NCBI GenBank assembly: GCA_028534125.1
Contig: CM052817.1
Coordinates: 72,914,001-72,978,000 of the forward strand
Reading direction: 5' to 3'
Origin: Lama glama
Lineage: Eukaryota
DNA: 64,000 nt
The notes beneath the pieces are model-generated. The model was not told the origin of the DNA. It ran no database searches and saw only the letters and a program-made list of their open reading frames with translations. Positions 12,131-27,768 of this stretch are shown piece after piece. Both the position numbers and the translations under genes were made by a program. Every line of letters begins with the position of its first letter. Positions within the stretch are counted from its first letter, which is position 1.

Positions 12131-15100
12131 CCCCATCCCCACCAGACTGAGGCAAGTAATTTGCCCTTTCTAAATGCCATTAATAAAATGTAAAACCTAG
12201 ATGGGCTTTAAGAGAACTTCTAATTCTTAAAGTCTATAAATCATTATACAGCACTGATTACTGCATTATTCAGTGATGTCCTCAAAGCCTCTTAAGGTTA
12301 ACCTTACATTAAGTGACACCTGGACATTTTAAGTTCACATACCTGCTTTCTAGAATATTGCTAAACTATCTCTTGATGTTGACTTATCAGCTGTAATAGT
12401 AGTGGCTGACAGCAATCCTGTCTATAGCACTTCTTCCCTCTTCTAAATTTGCTATTTCAGATGTATACTGTAGGAATGGAAGTTAGGTAACTAATCTCCC
12501 TCTCTTCTAAACTACTTAGCACTTCATTTGTAATTCCTTTTGACACTTTCCTCATTCTGCACTGCTTTACTCCTAGTTATGTAAATGTTTCATATGGCTT
12601 ATTAAGGTTTAAGCACCTGAGAATAAGAAAGGTCTGTATATTCTTTGTGCTTCTTCACATAAATCATGCCATACACAACCACCTTGCCTACAGAATTTAA
12701 ATAACATATAGGTGTCTTTTTGCACCAAGATTATTGAAATTGTGAGTAGACTGTGAATAAACAGACTCTGAGTGAGAATCCAAGCATTTTTTTCTGAGTA
12801 GAGGAACTACAATGCTCAAGAGTCTTTCGGAAGGTCTTTTATTTAGTTCCCCATTGTCAACTGTGTTCTAGATAAGGTTATTAAGAGGCAGAGACAGAAA
12901 ACAGAAAGATACCATTAAAGCAAGAAAAACTGAAGATACTCAAGTACAACTTGAGAAAAGGGGCAACTATCAAGGAAAATAAATATAGGCAGTCCCCTAC
13001 TTTCACATAAAATGGATTTCTGAAATTTTATATGAGGGTTAAGTGTGTACAGTCTCAGAAGGCTAAAAATTATAAAAATCTCTTTAGGTACATCTTATTG
13101 GTGCAATTTGAAAATATATATCTAGCAGTTTGTATCAACTCTTTATTTTTACCTTCTCTGATAAATGAACCTCACAGATAAACTGAAAAAGCTTAAACTA
13201 GATAGTGTGTTATTAAGCCAAAATTGTGCCACTGGGGACATGCCTGATGATTTTTTACCTTTGTTCGACTGTGAGATAAGTTTAGGAGGCCTATACCTCT
13301 TATCTATGTTTCAACAGAACTTTTATTTTTTTACCACACTACCTCACAGCTATAAAAATACTATGTTAAAATTCAACTGAATAGTTAAATTGTCACTATT
13401 GTTCAGGAAAAGAAGGCAATGGGGCCAAAACTGAGCTATGTGTCCTCTTCCCCCTAACAGCTCAGAATAACCATTCTCCAGCTACTGATTATAACAGCAC
13501 CCATTTATTTATGGGTGTCAATTAACGATGTGGAAATTACAAGTTAAATAAAATCTTAGAAATTATGACTTAAGGACTACCTACAATTTGAATATTTAAG
13601 AAGATAAGGAATCATAGAATTCTGATTTTGTTTTTTAGTTTTTAATAGATACTATGCTTAATGGGTTGCAGGAGTAGAAAAGAGCTAATTAGTATTCACA
13701 AGAAGGCCTAACATTTGCATCTCCAGGGTCTTCCATATCTCTAGTCACTATCTGAATTCTGTCCTATATGAACTCTGAAAAAAGGTTTAGCAGTCAGGGG
13801 CTTACTACTCCTTCTCTATTCTGACTAAAGTCTATCAAACAACTTTTTGTTCTTAGTTTCCTTGATATAAGATGAGAATTTTCCAAAGATATTTTTAATA
13901 GGAACTGAGCAGAACAGGAGGCTTCAAAATAAGCCTAGAAACAGGGTGTGTTTTACAGGATAAGGACTTACAACCCAAACCTAACCAAAATTTAGATAGA
14001 ACTGAATCACCTCAAACATTGATTAGGTACCTACTGCATACCTAGCACTTTGTAGAACACAACAGATAATAGTGGATCCTCCTTCTGGAAACTTACATTT
14101 CAACTGGAGAGAGGAACACATAAACAAAGAAGTTACCATCATGTGGTAAATGCTAGGATAGACATGCACATATTACTGGTTTAATAATAGGCTTGATGGA
14201 ATACCTTGCTTCAATCTACTAATTTTTCTCTCTCCTCAATCTCACTAGCCAGCTGTAGTTCATTTCCCATTCCTGAAACTTGCCTTCTTTGTCCTTCACA
14301 CCTAGACCAAAGAGGCAAATACATAGCACGTGTGCCATAGCTCATATCTCCCATGACACAGCAGTCATTCTTTCCCCAAACGTTCTCACAAGCTATTAAA
14401 ACAGTGTACCAGACAGCCACTAAGAGTAACTGGCACATGAAATGAAACCCATCTGCTTCCCTTATCTAGTTTTACTTCAACTGGTACCACACTGACAGAT
14501 GCTGTTTGAAACTTTCAGCATGGAGTCTAATTTCTTGCTCAGCCAAAAGCACATATTCCTTAATTTCTGCTTCAGCTTTCTGCATTCCCTATTGGGCCAA
14601 CCACAGATTTATCTCCCATTTGAGGAAACTCAAGATCCAAATTCATTTGCAGAGCACAGATAACTGTGCTTTCCCATAAGCAATGAAAAAATCACGCACA
14701 TCTCAGGTGAGCTCTACTCACATGATAATACTAATTAATATATTTTGAGTATGAACTTAGGTGCCAATAATGCCCGTATTTTGCAAATATGGAAACTGAG
14801 GATTAGAGAGAGAACCAGGATTGAAATTCAGGCAAAGTCAAGACTCCAAATTGTTAACCCCTACCACCTCCACTTCTCCAGATCCTTGTAAATGTTCCCA
14901 GGAAAGGGCAGCACTCCTCTTAGAAATACTTAGTTTTCTTGATATATGCTACTTTAAACACACATTGAGAGTAATAGATTTATTCAGGAAAACACACAGG
15001 AAAGCAAATATAAAAAAATATTAACAGGCCAACCTAGGTGAAAGCTCTGCTGGTGTTCACTGTACAATTCTTCCAATTTTCCTTAAGGCTCAAAATTTTT

Positions 15101-15206
15101 CAAAATAAAAAGTAAATAATAAGAGTAATAGACCTAATTTTCACTGAGTAAAGGGAGTTATTTCATGACAAAGTCTTAAAATTATAGATGCCTTAGAATC
15201 TATATT

Positions 15207-15292
15207 GGGACATTTTATTATATTATATTAGGACATTTATTTTATTATATATAATATATTAGGACATATTATATTATATTAGGACATATATT
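15207..15292. repeat. AT-rich imperfect minisatellite (GGACAT + TA-rich spacer, 4 units)
   Basis: Four GGACAT anchors separated by variable (TA/TTA)n spacers. Confidence 0.65.
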
Positions 15293-15674
15293 AAGATACT
15301 TTATATGTTCATTGAAACATATTAAAAGGTGGAGGTTAGGAAAAATAACCTTGGGTAATTTAAATATGAGTGACAAATATGAGATGCAGCATAGGAAAAC
15401 TCCTTCTATATTTTTGCTTTCGAGAATTAACCTCTCCAATAAGAACAACCTGATCAATTGGAACCAATGCAAAGGACAGCAGCCAAGCCACCCAGGTTAG
15501 ATCTGGAGGCAGAGTCATACAGAAATCATAGAATTTTAAAGCAAGAAGAGTTTTCTTCAAACTGTCTAGTTAAACTTGTTCATTATACTGATGATGAAAT
15601 TCAGTACCAGAGATTAAAATGTACTGCCCACATTTCTGCAGTCTGATAGTAGGAGACTACTCATTTCTTTTGTA

Positions 15675-16250
15675 TCCCAGTTTACAGCTTGTATCATTCT
15701 AACTAATAAGTGATGAAAAGCCAATCCAAGATGGTATATAAGGAAAAAGGGACTTCGAGGGTGGCATTCGGTGATACATTTGTTGGCTAACATAATTGAA
15801 AACAGCATACAGAGGTAGTTTAACTTTCGGAGTAGTTAAAAGCTGGCCTTAAAAAACTCATCTCTCAGTCATGCATTCTACTGGACAGGCTTCATTCTTA
15901 GGCCTTATAAAGTAGTTCTTTTGTAGTTCCAAACTCACACCATCACACACTCATCCTGTAGACAAGACTTTGCCTTCTCTACAATACAAACAAAAATCCC
16001 AGGATTGAGTTTCATTGACTCTAATTGACCTGATTTGGGTCATGTGCCCATCCTTAAACCAATTACTGTGGTCACAGGAGGAAGGAAAGGTGAAATGCAT
16101 TTGATTTACTTTGTAAAGGTCATATTCTCAACTCTTGGATCCAGGAATAGATTCATCTTCACTGAAATTACAGACAGTGGGAGAGTGTTGAATCAATAAA
16201 AAAGCTAGGGTACTATTAACATAAGAAGTAGGTACAGATAACAAGTGGCA
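15675..16250 (-). mobile_element. MLT1-type (MaLR) LTR
   Basis: aaaatcccaggattgagtttcattg...ttgggtcatgtgcccatccttaaaccaattactgtgg is characteristic of old MLT1 LTRs. Confidence 0.55.
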
Positions 16251-16349
16251 AAATTCACAACTTCTACATCTATCTATAAATAATAGTTGAAAGAATAAAG
16301 GCAAGGACCAAAACTGCCTTTTAAAAAACATTCAAAAGACTCCTGGGGC

Positions 16350-16638
16350 GGGGAGATTAATTGGTTCTCTTGAACCAATTCAGGAAAGAATTAAGACCAA
16401 TAGGCAGAAGACATAAGGATACAGATTTAATTCAGTAGATGTAAAGAACTTTCTAACAATTAGAGATATCCAGTAATTGAACAAGTGGCATTATGAAGTA
16501 ATGGGTTTCCCATAGTCGGAAGCCTTCAAACAGAAGGAGAATGACCATCTGTCAGGAATGTTATAGAAGGGATCCCTACACTGGGTAGGAGGTTGTTCTA
16601 AACTGCCTCTTAGATTCCTTGCAACTCTAAGATTCTAA
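16350..16638 (+). mobile_element. L3/CR1 LINE 3' end
   Basis: aagaactttctaacaattagag...gaccatctgtcaggaatgttatagaaggga...caactctaagattcta. Confidence 0.7.
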
Positions 16639-17319
16639 ATAATTGAGAACAGCATGAATAAAATATCCAAACTCATTCAAGAACTAAATTATTTAACAAA
16701 AGGTAACAGAACTTTCAGCTATGAGGGAGAGTTGACCAGACTTTGCGTGCCAGCTATCCAATTTTACAAAGAAAACAGAAAGATCTTTTAAAATGATTAT
16801 TTTAAAATTACAACATTAAAATTAATTTTACAAGGAAACACACCACCCAAAAAACATTTTTTTAATTCCCCTTCCAGATTTGATCTATATATTCACATAA
16901 TTTCACTTCTATCAGACTTAACTCTATCAGCTGAACAAAGCTAAGTTCCGGATTACTCTTTACCTTCCCAGCTCCTGAGATACTAGGTCTGTGGTTAGTG
17001 GGCCAAAGGATATGGATATTTTTATGGTTATGAATATGTACTGCCAAAAAATGCAGTAAGTGAGTTTAACTATTACCCTAAGGCATTGTCCATGTTAGGT
17101 TTTATTCAACACATGAAAAATTGCTAATATATATTAAGTGGTACCTTATAATTGTTTGCATTTCCATTTTTTTCTCTACTAGTGAGTTTGAATAGACTTC
17201 TTGACTTTTTTTTTTTTTAATGAATACATAGCTCCTAATTTACATTCCTACTCTAAGGGGAGAACTCAGCAGTACATGTGGATGCAAAGAAGTCACACCA
17301 GAGAAAGGGAATAAAACAA

Positions 17320-17712
17320 TCTTAAAGTAACCAGATTAGGCCCAAGATGGAGTCACTCACACTAAAGCCCACATCAGCAAACCAAAACTTAACTAAGGAA
17401 TGCTCAGCTCTCCCAAAACAGAAAGGCCTAGGTCAACTGATCAGTGCTTGCCTGCCCAGCACAAGTTACCAAACCGGGACCTAAGACTTTCCTTTGCCCC
17501 ATAAAAGGGAATAACCCTGTATTAACTAATCAGCAAATACCCAGAATAACTTTCTTGTTCCTGCTCCCTTTGGTCTATAAAATCCCCTTGAACTGTACAA
17601 CTCTTTGGAGCTCCTTCCTATCTGCTAGACTGGATGCTTCCTGATTCAGGAATGGCCAAATAAAGCCAAGAAGATCTTTAAAATTTATTTAGTTGAATTT
17701 TGTTTTTTAACA
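17320..17712 (+). mobile_element. ERV1-class solo LTR
   Basis: Ends TCTTAAA...TTTAACA (TG..CA with the 5' end mutated); caagatggagtcac near the 5' end; TATA-like CTATAAAA at ~17576 and AATAAA at ~17659. Confidence 0.7.
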
Positions 17713-19774
17713 AGAGAGAACAGAAATTAATTCCAAGAAGAAGGACGCATTTTTCCTTCTCCCAATCAGAATGGACTCTCTGGGAAGGCTAGAGAACATT
17801 GAGAAAGCATTGTTTCAGCATGTTTCTGACATAACTTCCTTAAAAAAAAAAAAAAACAGGAAAGAGAGTGTTCTCCAAAAAGTTTCTTTTCCTTTAAATT
17901 CACATACCATCCAGAAACCATAGTTTTTCCTGGGATTTTGATTAAGATTCCAAACATCTCAAAAACTATTCCCCATACTGAAGTTCTGCTAAACAGGAAA
18001 GAAATAGATTTTTTAAATAATATGGGAGGCAAAATTAAAGCTCAGGAAGAATATAACAAAACATCTTAATATGTCAAAAAATAAACTGAAAAATGAAATT
18101 TGGTGTAGTTTCTATAAATAATTGCATTGCTAATATTATACTACTAAATGAGTACAGATCACTCTGATTTGTTCATTTTTCTCTCTGGAAAGATGTACAC
18201 ATAAGAGTGGAAGAATATTAAAAATAAGATCTCAAAGGTGTGGAAGTGAAAGATTCAAAGTCCTTGTTCCCACAGCAACTGCACAAGACACATCCATACT
18301 GCACAGACCACTCCTTAGAAATGAATCTGTTTCTTGCCACTTACCATTCTTGGGAGAACACATGGTAAACACACTAATAAAATCACAACTAAACTACATA
18401 GAAGTTGAGACCAACATGTTAGAGTTGCCTAGGCAATTACAATCTTACATTTCCCATGGGAAACTGGCAGTAATAGCTTTATGTGTATATTAATCATATT
18501 ATGCAATAGGGTGAAAATAGCCCTCCCCTCCCATGTGATGTGCTTGAAAGTGTGTTATCTGTGACGTAATCTGTCCAATGTGCTACTATGGGATTTTTTT
18601 TTAAGAGATGATTCTCTAAATCCTCAGAAAAGATCAAAGTCTCTATGAACATATGAATAACGGCTTAAAGAGAAATTCATTCACTAAATAAAAAATAGAT
18701 AATACTAAGAAAAAGAAAAGGTTCTGACATCAGACCTAGGCAAGGATCAGAGGCCACCCTTTGGTGAAAATTCTTGGCACTTGCCAGGAAAAGTAAATTA
18801 GAATTCAAAAGAAAATAACATGCAAGCTTCGTGAGAGTAGGGACCTAGACTTGGGCCTAATGCCTAAAGGTGTTCAATAATGTCTCCTAAATGACTAAAT
18901 ACACTTTGCAAAGAATTAAGAAGGCTGAATCTCCAAAAAGCCAGACAGTATATTCTAAAGAACTTCAGTAAGACTTGTCCCCTAAGTTGAACAAAGCTAA
19001 ACTCTGTATTATTCTTTTTACCTGGACAGATACACATATTCTGTGCCTTCTGAGTCCTTATATATACAAGGAGTTTCTGTTCACTCTATAGTCTGATTAG
19101 GTGCATAGCTGCTCAACTTATCAAGTTAACAGATACAAGTCAAAAGAGGGAGAACTTCAAAATGTACCTTAAGCTCAACAGAGTTGGCAGTAAAAAGCTG
19201 ATATTGTCTGTGCCACTATACACTATCTTAAAGTTTCATTTTAAAATATATATAAGGTCATTTTTTATAAGAAACACTAATAAGAGCCAAAGCAAAATTT
19301 CAAGAATGAATGTCATTAGAGGAAAGCAATGAGGCCCATCAGGGAATGCTTTTGGGTTCCCATGGTGACATTTGTTTCTGATTATATATGTGATATTAAA
19401 TAATTTCTTCTGGGTTTTTAAAGGCGTTTAAGAAAGGAAATAAACCAGATTCATTTTCTTTCTAATTTCTGACATTTAAAGGCATATTTTCTACTTTCTA
19501 CAGTCCTGACTACTAAAAAGAGGAAATAGGTCTTTAAAATAAGCCTTTAGAGTCCTGCTTATTTTAATTCCCTCTCTGAGGCTAAAGATATTTTAATAGA
19601 AGATCTCAAATAACTCATTCTTCTCCATATCTAGGTGTATTTACTTTCCTTGAAAGGTAGCCTGATATTTTATCTATACAATAGTCTATCATTTTTTCAA
19701 AGTACAGATAAGAGATATACAAAATTTGATATTTTATTTAAGTGCCCTCAATTTCCCTTTAACAAAATGGGTAA

Positions 19775-20560
19775 ATTTTCCAACACCACTAAGCAATTAA
19801 CTCAGTTCTGACACTATCTACTTGGAGATAAGACCAGAGATCTCATAGGTTAAGGACTCAGTTCTGTAAAACTGCTCCCCTCCCCTCCTACCAACTCCAC
19901 CCCACCACACACACTTTAGATGTCAATGCAAATCCAGGATGTTACCTGTGCTTCTATCAACCAGCTATATATTGAAGGTTCTCACGATTCCCTCTTCAAG
20001 TTCCACTAATTTCTTAGACCTCCTCACAGAACTCAGAGAAACATTTAGTTACTTGTACCAGTCCATTATAAAGGATATTACAAAGGATATAGGTGAAGAT
20101 GAAGAGTTACATAAAGTGGGTTATGTGGGAAGGGGTGCAGAGCTTCCATGCCCTCTCTTAGCTGCCATTCTACCTGCCCTTGATCTCCACTTACTCACCA
20201 AGGTGGGAGCTCTCTAAACTCTTGTGCTTTGGGTTTATATAGAGGCTCCTTTACATAGGCATGACTGATTAAACCATTGACTATTGGTGATTGATTCAAC
20301 CCCAGCCCTTCTCCCCTCCCCAGAGATCAGGGGTTGGGACTGAAAGCTTCAACCCTTTAATCACAAGGTTGGTTCTTCTGGCAACCAGGCCCCATCCTTA
20401 AGTTACCTAGGGGGCTATCCAAAAGTCATCTCATTAACATAACAAAAGACGCATTTATCCCTCTCACCACTTAGGAAATGCCAAGGTTTTAGGAGCTCAG
20501 TGCCAGGAATGGGGATAAAGACAAAATAAATATTTCTTATTATAAATTACAATTATCACA
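19775..20560 (-). mobile_element. MER21-family LTR, antisense to FAM241A
   Basis: MER21 hallmarks (cagttctgacactatcta, ctcacagaactcagagaaac, ggggtgcagagcttccatgccctctc, cttaggaaatgccaagg); right end ...atcaca is TGTGAT on the minus strand. Confidence 0.8.
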
Positions 20561-20874
20561 TGTAGAAAGAAAAAGAATTATAAATTAGATGTATCTCCCT
20601 TATCACACACTGAGAGTAACATATTCTTACCCATTTACAGAAATATACACAAAGGCACATATAACACCAAATGCTTCCAAGGTTCCAACAACCAACACAC
20701 ACCAGGGAAGCACTCAACAGAGAGACACAGAGGGGAGGCAAAAGGAACAAAATAGCCAGAGAACGTGTTTTACTTGCAAAGGATGGACAGCTACTCAGGA
20801 CAGGCAGCCAGCAGCACACCCGGGCACACCGCCAGTGCCAGGCAAGCACAGAGGGGCCCAGATGGAATGTAGAA

Positions 20875-22126
<1,252 letters not shown>

Positions 22127-24304
22127 TGAGCTCATACCTAGCGCCTCTGTAAGGTGTGGGTGTATTTCTCGAGACACGCAAGCAGTATCTGAAGGCATGT
22201 GTAGGAGCGAGTATTACAATAGATGTCTTGACAGGGACTCTCCCAGAGCAAGTTTTTCACATGAACACAAAGGAGATCTAAACTTCATTGAAAAAGTGAA
22301 AAAGCAAGAAAATTGCTTTCAGATGGTACCAAAGGAGAAAAAATGTTTGAGGCCAGTCATATTAAGGGAAAAGAGAAGTTGGGTAATTTCTGTAGCTCTC
22401 TGAATTTGCTTTCACTAAAGTATGGTGATAAAAGGCATTATAACATCATTTATCTTCAAGATTAGGCAAGAAATTTAATAAAATAAGTTGAATTGTGTAG
22501 GGGATTAATTTTCACCAGCAAACTGTAATTAAACTTTCAGAAATACTCTAGATACGCTAACCTTCAGAATCACATTAAGGAACAGGAATTCAAATGATTA
22601 TTTGCCTTTATTACAACCTATACTGTTGAGATCAGTTGATACCTGTCTCCTTTCATTATCCTTTTCCATCTGTTCTTTCTGTCAATTCCAGTATCATCAC
22701 TAAATGTATTAATAGACAAAGTATTACTTATAGTATCTCAACATTGTATGTAGCAAACAGAAATAACTGTGGCACGCACAAAATATGCCTTAGCATTAGG
22801 TTTGATCACCATATGGAAGCGTAATTTTTCATTCTTTTGGCAATATAAGAGATGGTGACTGAAGCAAATAACTAGGAGATCTTCCTGATTACTTTCCTGG
22901 TGGTTTTCCCCCATTAACTGTACCATGACTCAGTAGCTAAAAGGCTGTATCCTCTTACTTAAGTTGTTCAACTGGAAAAGTGGAGAAAACAGCAACAGGA
23001 ACTCATTTGAAGGGGGGTGGGGAGTACATTTGAGTTTCAGGGTCCCAAAGTAAATTTTCAAATGGTTGTCAGGGAGCATGTAAAATACTTCATTTACACT
23101 TCTGTAGATTTTTCAGCAGCAGCAGCTCTGATCTTAATAAAATTGCTTATAGTACAAAAAAACAGATGAAACATATATCCTAGAAAACAGATATGCTTTG
23201 CGTACCTGATTCTTTCATTGCATGACGTGGAAATTTCATGCAATGTGCTCCTCTGAAAATGTTATTTTATTTTCATCAAATGATTTCTTTATATAGTCTA
23301 AATCTACATACACAATACTTGAAAGTTGTACTTGAGATATGCATTTCCTCCAACATCAGTACCAAAGAACTTCTTATCAAGAAGTAAAAAAATTTTTAAA
23401 TTGATACAATCCAGCCCATTGATGTAAGAAACAAGCTTTTGTGATAAATCATTTCTCGGCCATGAAAGTAGCTTTTTTTCAAGTCTTGAAAATGGATTTA
23501 AATTTTTTATGCAGTGCCATAAAAAATGGTAGAGATATAAAGATATTTGAGAGAGGTAAATGAAATAAACAAGTATAAAATATATCCTACATAGTTATTC
23601 TATTTTGTTTTTCTTTTGGTGGGTGGTGTGTGTTTGTTTTGTTGTTTTAAGAACACATGGACTCCAAATCACAAATGGAGTATTTTTGAAAACTTGTTTT
23701 GTAAACGTGTTTCTTTAGAACTTAGAGTGAACTCTTCCATAGAAACAATGATATAAACAGAAACAGAACTAAAACTAATTAGCTGGAAATGAGACAGAAG
23801 CCATCTCCCTGCTGTCCTTTCTGCTTAGCACACTCAGTGATCCAGAGTCTGAGTAGCCTCATGGATACTGAGAGAGAACTGGTAGCAGCGGAAGCAGTAA
23901 CAGCAGAGGCTCCTTTATGTCTGCATCAGGGCTATGGGGTGGTGCGCTCTTGAATGTGATAGCTACAGAAGACACCTGACTTTTTGCTCCTCCAACTCTT
24001 GCAGTGATTTTTGTCGGCCCCTAATTTTTTATTAAATCCTTTTCTACTTCTTGTTCCTTCACCGTTTGCCCCTACCTGATTATTTGATGAAGCAGGTTTC
24101 TTCCTTTGGCTATTCCCCAGGCTGAAGTCTCATCTACATACATCCTTCCCTTCACTGATTTTTCTTTCCACTTCTGTCTGAAAGGCCCTTGCATCAGATT
24201 TGACTATACAAAATGTATCTGTGGCTCATTGTTATTATGATACCAGATCAAAATGTATCTGTATTTTGCTATTTATTTCACATAATACCAAAATACTGGT
24301 ATTT

Positions 24305-24604
24305 AAACACAAATGAACTTATTTACAAAACAGAAACAGACTCACAGACATAGAAAACAAACTTAAGGTAACCAGGAGGAAAAGTAGGGGAGGGATAAAT
24401 TAGGAGTTCAGGATTTGCAGGTACTAACTATTATGTATAAAATAGATAAACAAGGTCCTACTGTATAGCACAGAGAAGTATACTCAGTAGCCTGTAATAA
24501 CCTATGATGAAAAAGAATATATACATATATAACTAAATCACTGTACTGTACACCAGAAATTAACACAACGTTGTAAATCAACTCTACTTCAATAAAACAA
24601 AAAC
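24305..24604 (+). mobile_element. Cetartiodactyl-type L1 3' UTR fragment
   Basis: Sibling of 3207-3544; A-rich tail; 15-bp TSD at 24290-24304 and 24605-24619. Confidence 0.88.
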
Positions 24605-25457
24605 AAAATACCAGTATTTTTATAGGTGTTTTCTTAGTAACTAAGGTATTTTCTTAGTCTTAGCATCATTTTTTACAATTTATCCTTAGGTACTATTCCA
24701 TCTGAGAGGAAACTGAAGTTCCTCTGTCCTTCTGGCCTGTTTCTTTTTAGGTAGGATGATTGACAAGGCAGCCTGTGTCCTAGGAGAAGAGGACTTGAAA
24801 AAATGGACCAGGTCCCCTAGATGAAAGAACTGTGTCAAGTTTGAAGTATGAATTGGGCCTCTAAGAGAGATAAGCAAGGGAGAGAGGCAAAATGCCCAAG
24901 AAACTGGAGACAGAACACAGCTATCCTATATGTGTGTTGGTAATGTGTGCATGAGAGATGATCCAAGTATGCTCATAACTGTGAGCGCCCAGTTCATTTA
25001 GGTAAGAGAGTCTCTGCCCTGCTGCATAGCTGGAAGGTTAAACATCTCCAGACCTTTTATTATGTTTTTGTATTAATGTGAATGGCATCTTCTTAGATGT
25101 GGCACTTCACAACCTGAATAAGATGGCCCTGCAATTTTAGAGCATAGAGAGTCTCATTATCCTTAGATTGGTCTCAGAATCATTATTTTTAGCATTCTTT
25201 ATGATTATAAAAGTCATGAGTACTTTGGAAAATGTAGAAATATAGAACAATCTAAAGAAGAAAACAAAAGCGTTTGAAATCTCACTCAGTAATGTGTTAT
25301 AAAATATCAAACATTTGGTATTAACTACATTCGTATATCTCTGTGTGTGTATATGCATATATATACACATTTTTTATCATGTTGTAATGTAAATATCTGG
25401 ATTTGGTATCTTGTTTTATCTACTTAGCAGATTTTGTCATTTTCCCATGTTATCAAA

Positions 25458-25557
25458 NNNNNNNNNNNNNNNNNNNNNNNNNNNNNNNNNNNNNNNNNNN
25501 NNNNNNNNNNNNNNNNNNNNNNNNNNNNNNNNNNNNNNNNNNNNNNNNNNNNNNNNN
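25458..25557. other. Assembly gap (100 N)
   Basis: Run of exactly 100 N. Confidence 1.
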
Positions 25558-25756
25558 GTATTCTCTGTCCATGAGTCTTTAGATTCCACATATGAGCGAT
25601 CTCATATGGTATTTTTCTTTCTCTTTCTGGCTTACTTCACTTAGAATGACATTCTCTAGGAGCATCCATGTTGCTGCAAATGGCGTTATGTTGTCGGTTT
25701 TTATGGCTGAGTAGTATTCCATTGTATAAATATACCACATCTTCTTTATCCAGTCA
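25558..25756 (-). mobile_element. Young camelid-type L1 3' fragment (tail hidden in gap)
   Basis: Near-identical to 10075-10222; retains CpGs. TCAAA before the gap (25453-25457) matches TCAAA at 25754-25758, a partial TSD. Confidence 0.88.
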
Positions 25757-27233
25757 AAAATTCTTTGTAAAAATTATTTTTAGGGTCACTTAATAGTCAT
25801 TCCCTTAATACTGCATATTTAAGTTGCTTCAAACTTTCTTTTATAAATAATGCTGTAATGAAAATCTTTGCATAGAAGTTCTATCTTGTTCTCACAGTTC
25901 CTCACAGTTCTACTTGTAATAAATTACTAGAAGTGGAAGAACTGGGTCAATAAGTCAAACTCTTTGAAGCCTCTTGAAACATCCTAAAGAACTGCATTCA
26001 GTAAAGTTTGCACCAGTGTACAATTCCAGCATTAGTATGTAAGAGTGCTGACTGGAAACCATCCATGCCAGCAATCAATAGTATAATTTATAGATTAATC
26101 TTTCCCAATTTAGTAAGCAAAAATTATCTTATTCTTGTAGGAAATTGCTGGTGAGGTATACTAATCCCATTCATATATTTATTGAGCATTTGTAATTCTT
26201 TTAAATCATGTTCTTTGACAGTTTTTTTCTTTTGGCATTATTATAAGCTATTAAACCCATATTTCACATTGATTATAATTATTTTCCCTGCTTGTTATTT
26301 ACTTTATATTTATGATGTATTTGATTTAGAAATGCTTTAAATTTTATTGGCCAAAGGAATTTTTTTGGTAATTTCATACATCACACACATGCCACACATA
26401 TATACATATACACATATGTTTAGAACATTCTTTTGAACCCTATAATCAAAAAATATCCACCAGTATTTTCTTGAGTGTGTGTATGTTTATAGTTTTGGTT
26501 TTTACTCCATATATTTAATCTCTTTAGAATGACTTTATATGTTGTGTGAGATATAGAACTAATCTTTTTTTTCCCTTAATCACTGAATAATTCACTTTTT
26601 CCCTGGCTTTATAATCGTTTATAGTAGGTATAAACCCTGAAGTCTACATTAACTTTTTATATTTCTGTTGGTATTGTGAAAGGAGTTTCTTTTTTCCACG
26701 TTTTTTGCTGCTGGTTTCTAGCTATTGGCTTTTATATATTTAGCTTTAAACTAGCTATCCTTACAAATTCTTTTATTAATTCTAATACTAATATATACTA
26801 GTATCTCTTAGACCTGACTCTTTTGTGTCTTCTAGGTATGTAATCATCCACTCCATAGGTAAGGTTGATTTTGCTTCCTTTCAGATGGTAATGCTTCATT
26901 TCTATTTCTTGCCTTTTGCAATGCTGAAACTTTCAGATTAATTCTGGCTTATAGATATTTAAGTAAATAGATGAAGGAACCTATATAACAGCTCGTTTAT
27001 CAAAGTATGTTCCACAAGATCATCTAGAAAAAAAAATGGCAGCAAAGGGAAGCCTTATGCCTCCTCTTTGATCTATTGTTAAAGCTATGATTCACAGTAC
27101 ATATTCTAGATCTAGGTTACCTAGGTTTGAGTCCTAACTCTGCCACTTATTAACTAATTTTTCTTGAACTGGACATAGGAAAGACAGTAAATGAAACCCA
27201 GAGCTAACATAGGTAAAAATTCAGACATGGTGA

Positions 27234-27768
27234 TGTTAAAGGATAATTTTCAAAAAGAGGTAAAATTATAGTGTTCATTAAATATAAAATGAATGTATGT
27301 TAAGGATTTTATGTAACTCATCATTAATGAGGGAACCCAAATGTTACAGCTGATACAAAGGAGAAATTAAAGAATCAGAAATATATAAATGGAGAAAAGA
27401 TATGTTGAATTTACAAATAGATATTACAAGTTTACAAATGTCCATGAGACTGGCTTTTTCCATTAGCAGGGAGGGAGAGAAGATAGTTGAACCTCTACTG
27501 AAACAGAATTTGTTTGCTTCCCTATAGATAAGAATTATTTTGCATTGCTATTGGTTATCTGTAATTTACAGACTTGTAAAATATCTCGAAAGCCATAGAA
27601 GCCAAATAGTGTTCTAAACAATACATAGTTTTCCATGGAGACATCCCATAGTTTTTTTTTTTTGCTTATTCTTAAGTTTCTTATAGAAATAAAGAAAAAT
27701 TTCTGAAATGTGCTACACAGAGTAGATTAATTTGTGAATAGTGAGGGTACTTGATCTCTCCCTTTACA
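27234..27768. mobile_element. Probable ERV1-class solo LTR (possibly LTR37-like)
   Basis: TGTTAAAGG...CCTTTACA termini; aactcatcattaatgagggaacc motif. Family assignment uncertain. Confidence 0.4.

Larger units (their letters stand above)
25190..26940 (-). mobile_element. Very old L1 (L1ME-like), decayed
   Basis: T-rich, with reverse L1 motifs (tactagaagtggaagaactgggtca, tgcaccagtgtacaattccagca, ctaggtatgtaatcatc). Confidence 0.55.
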
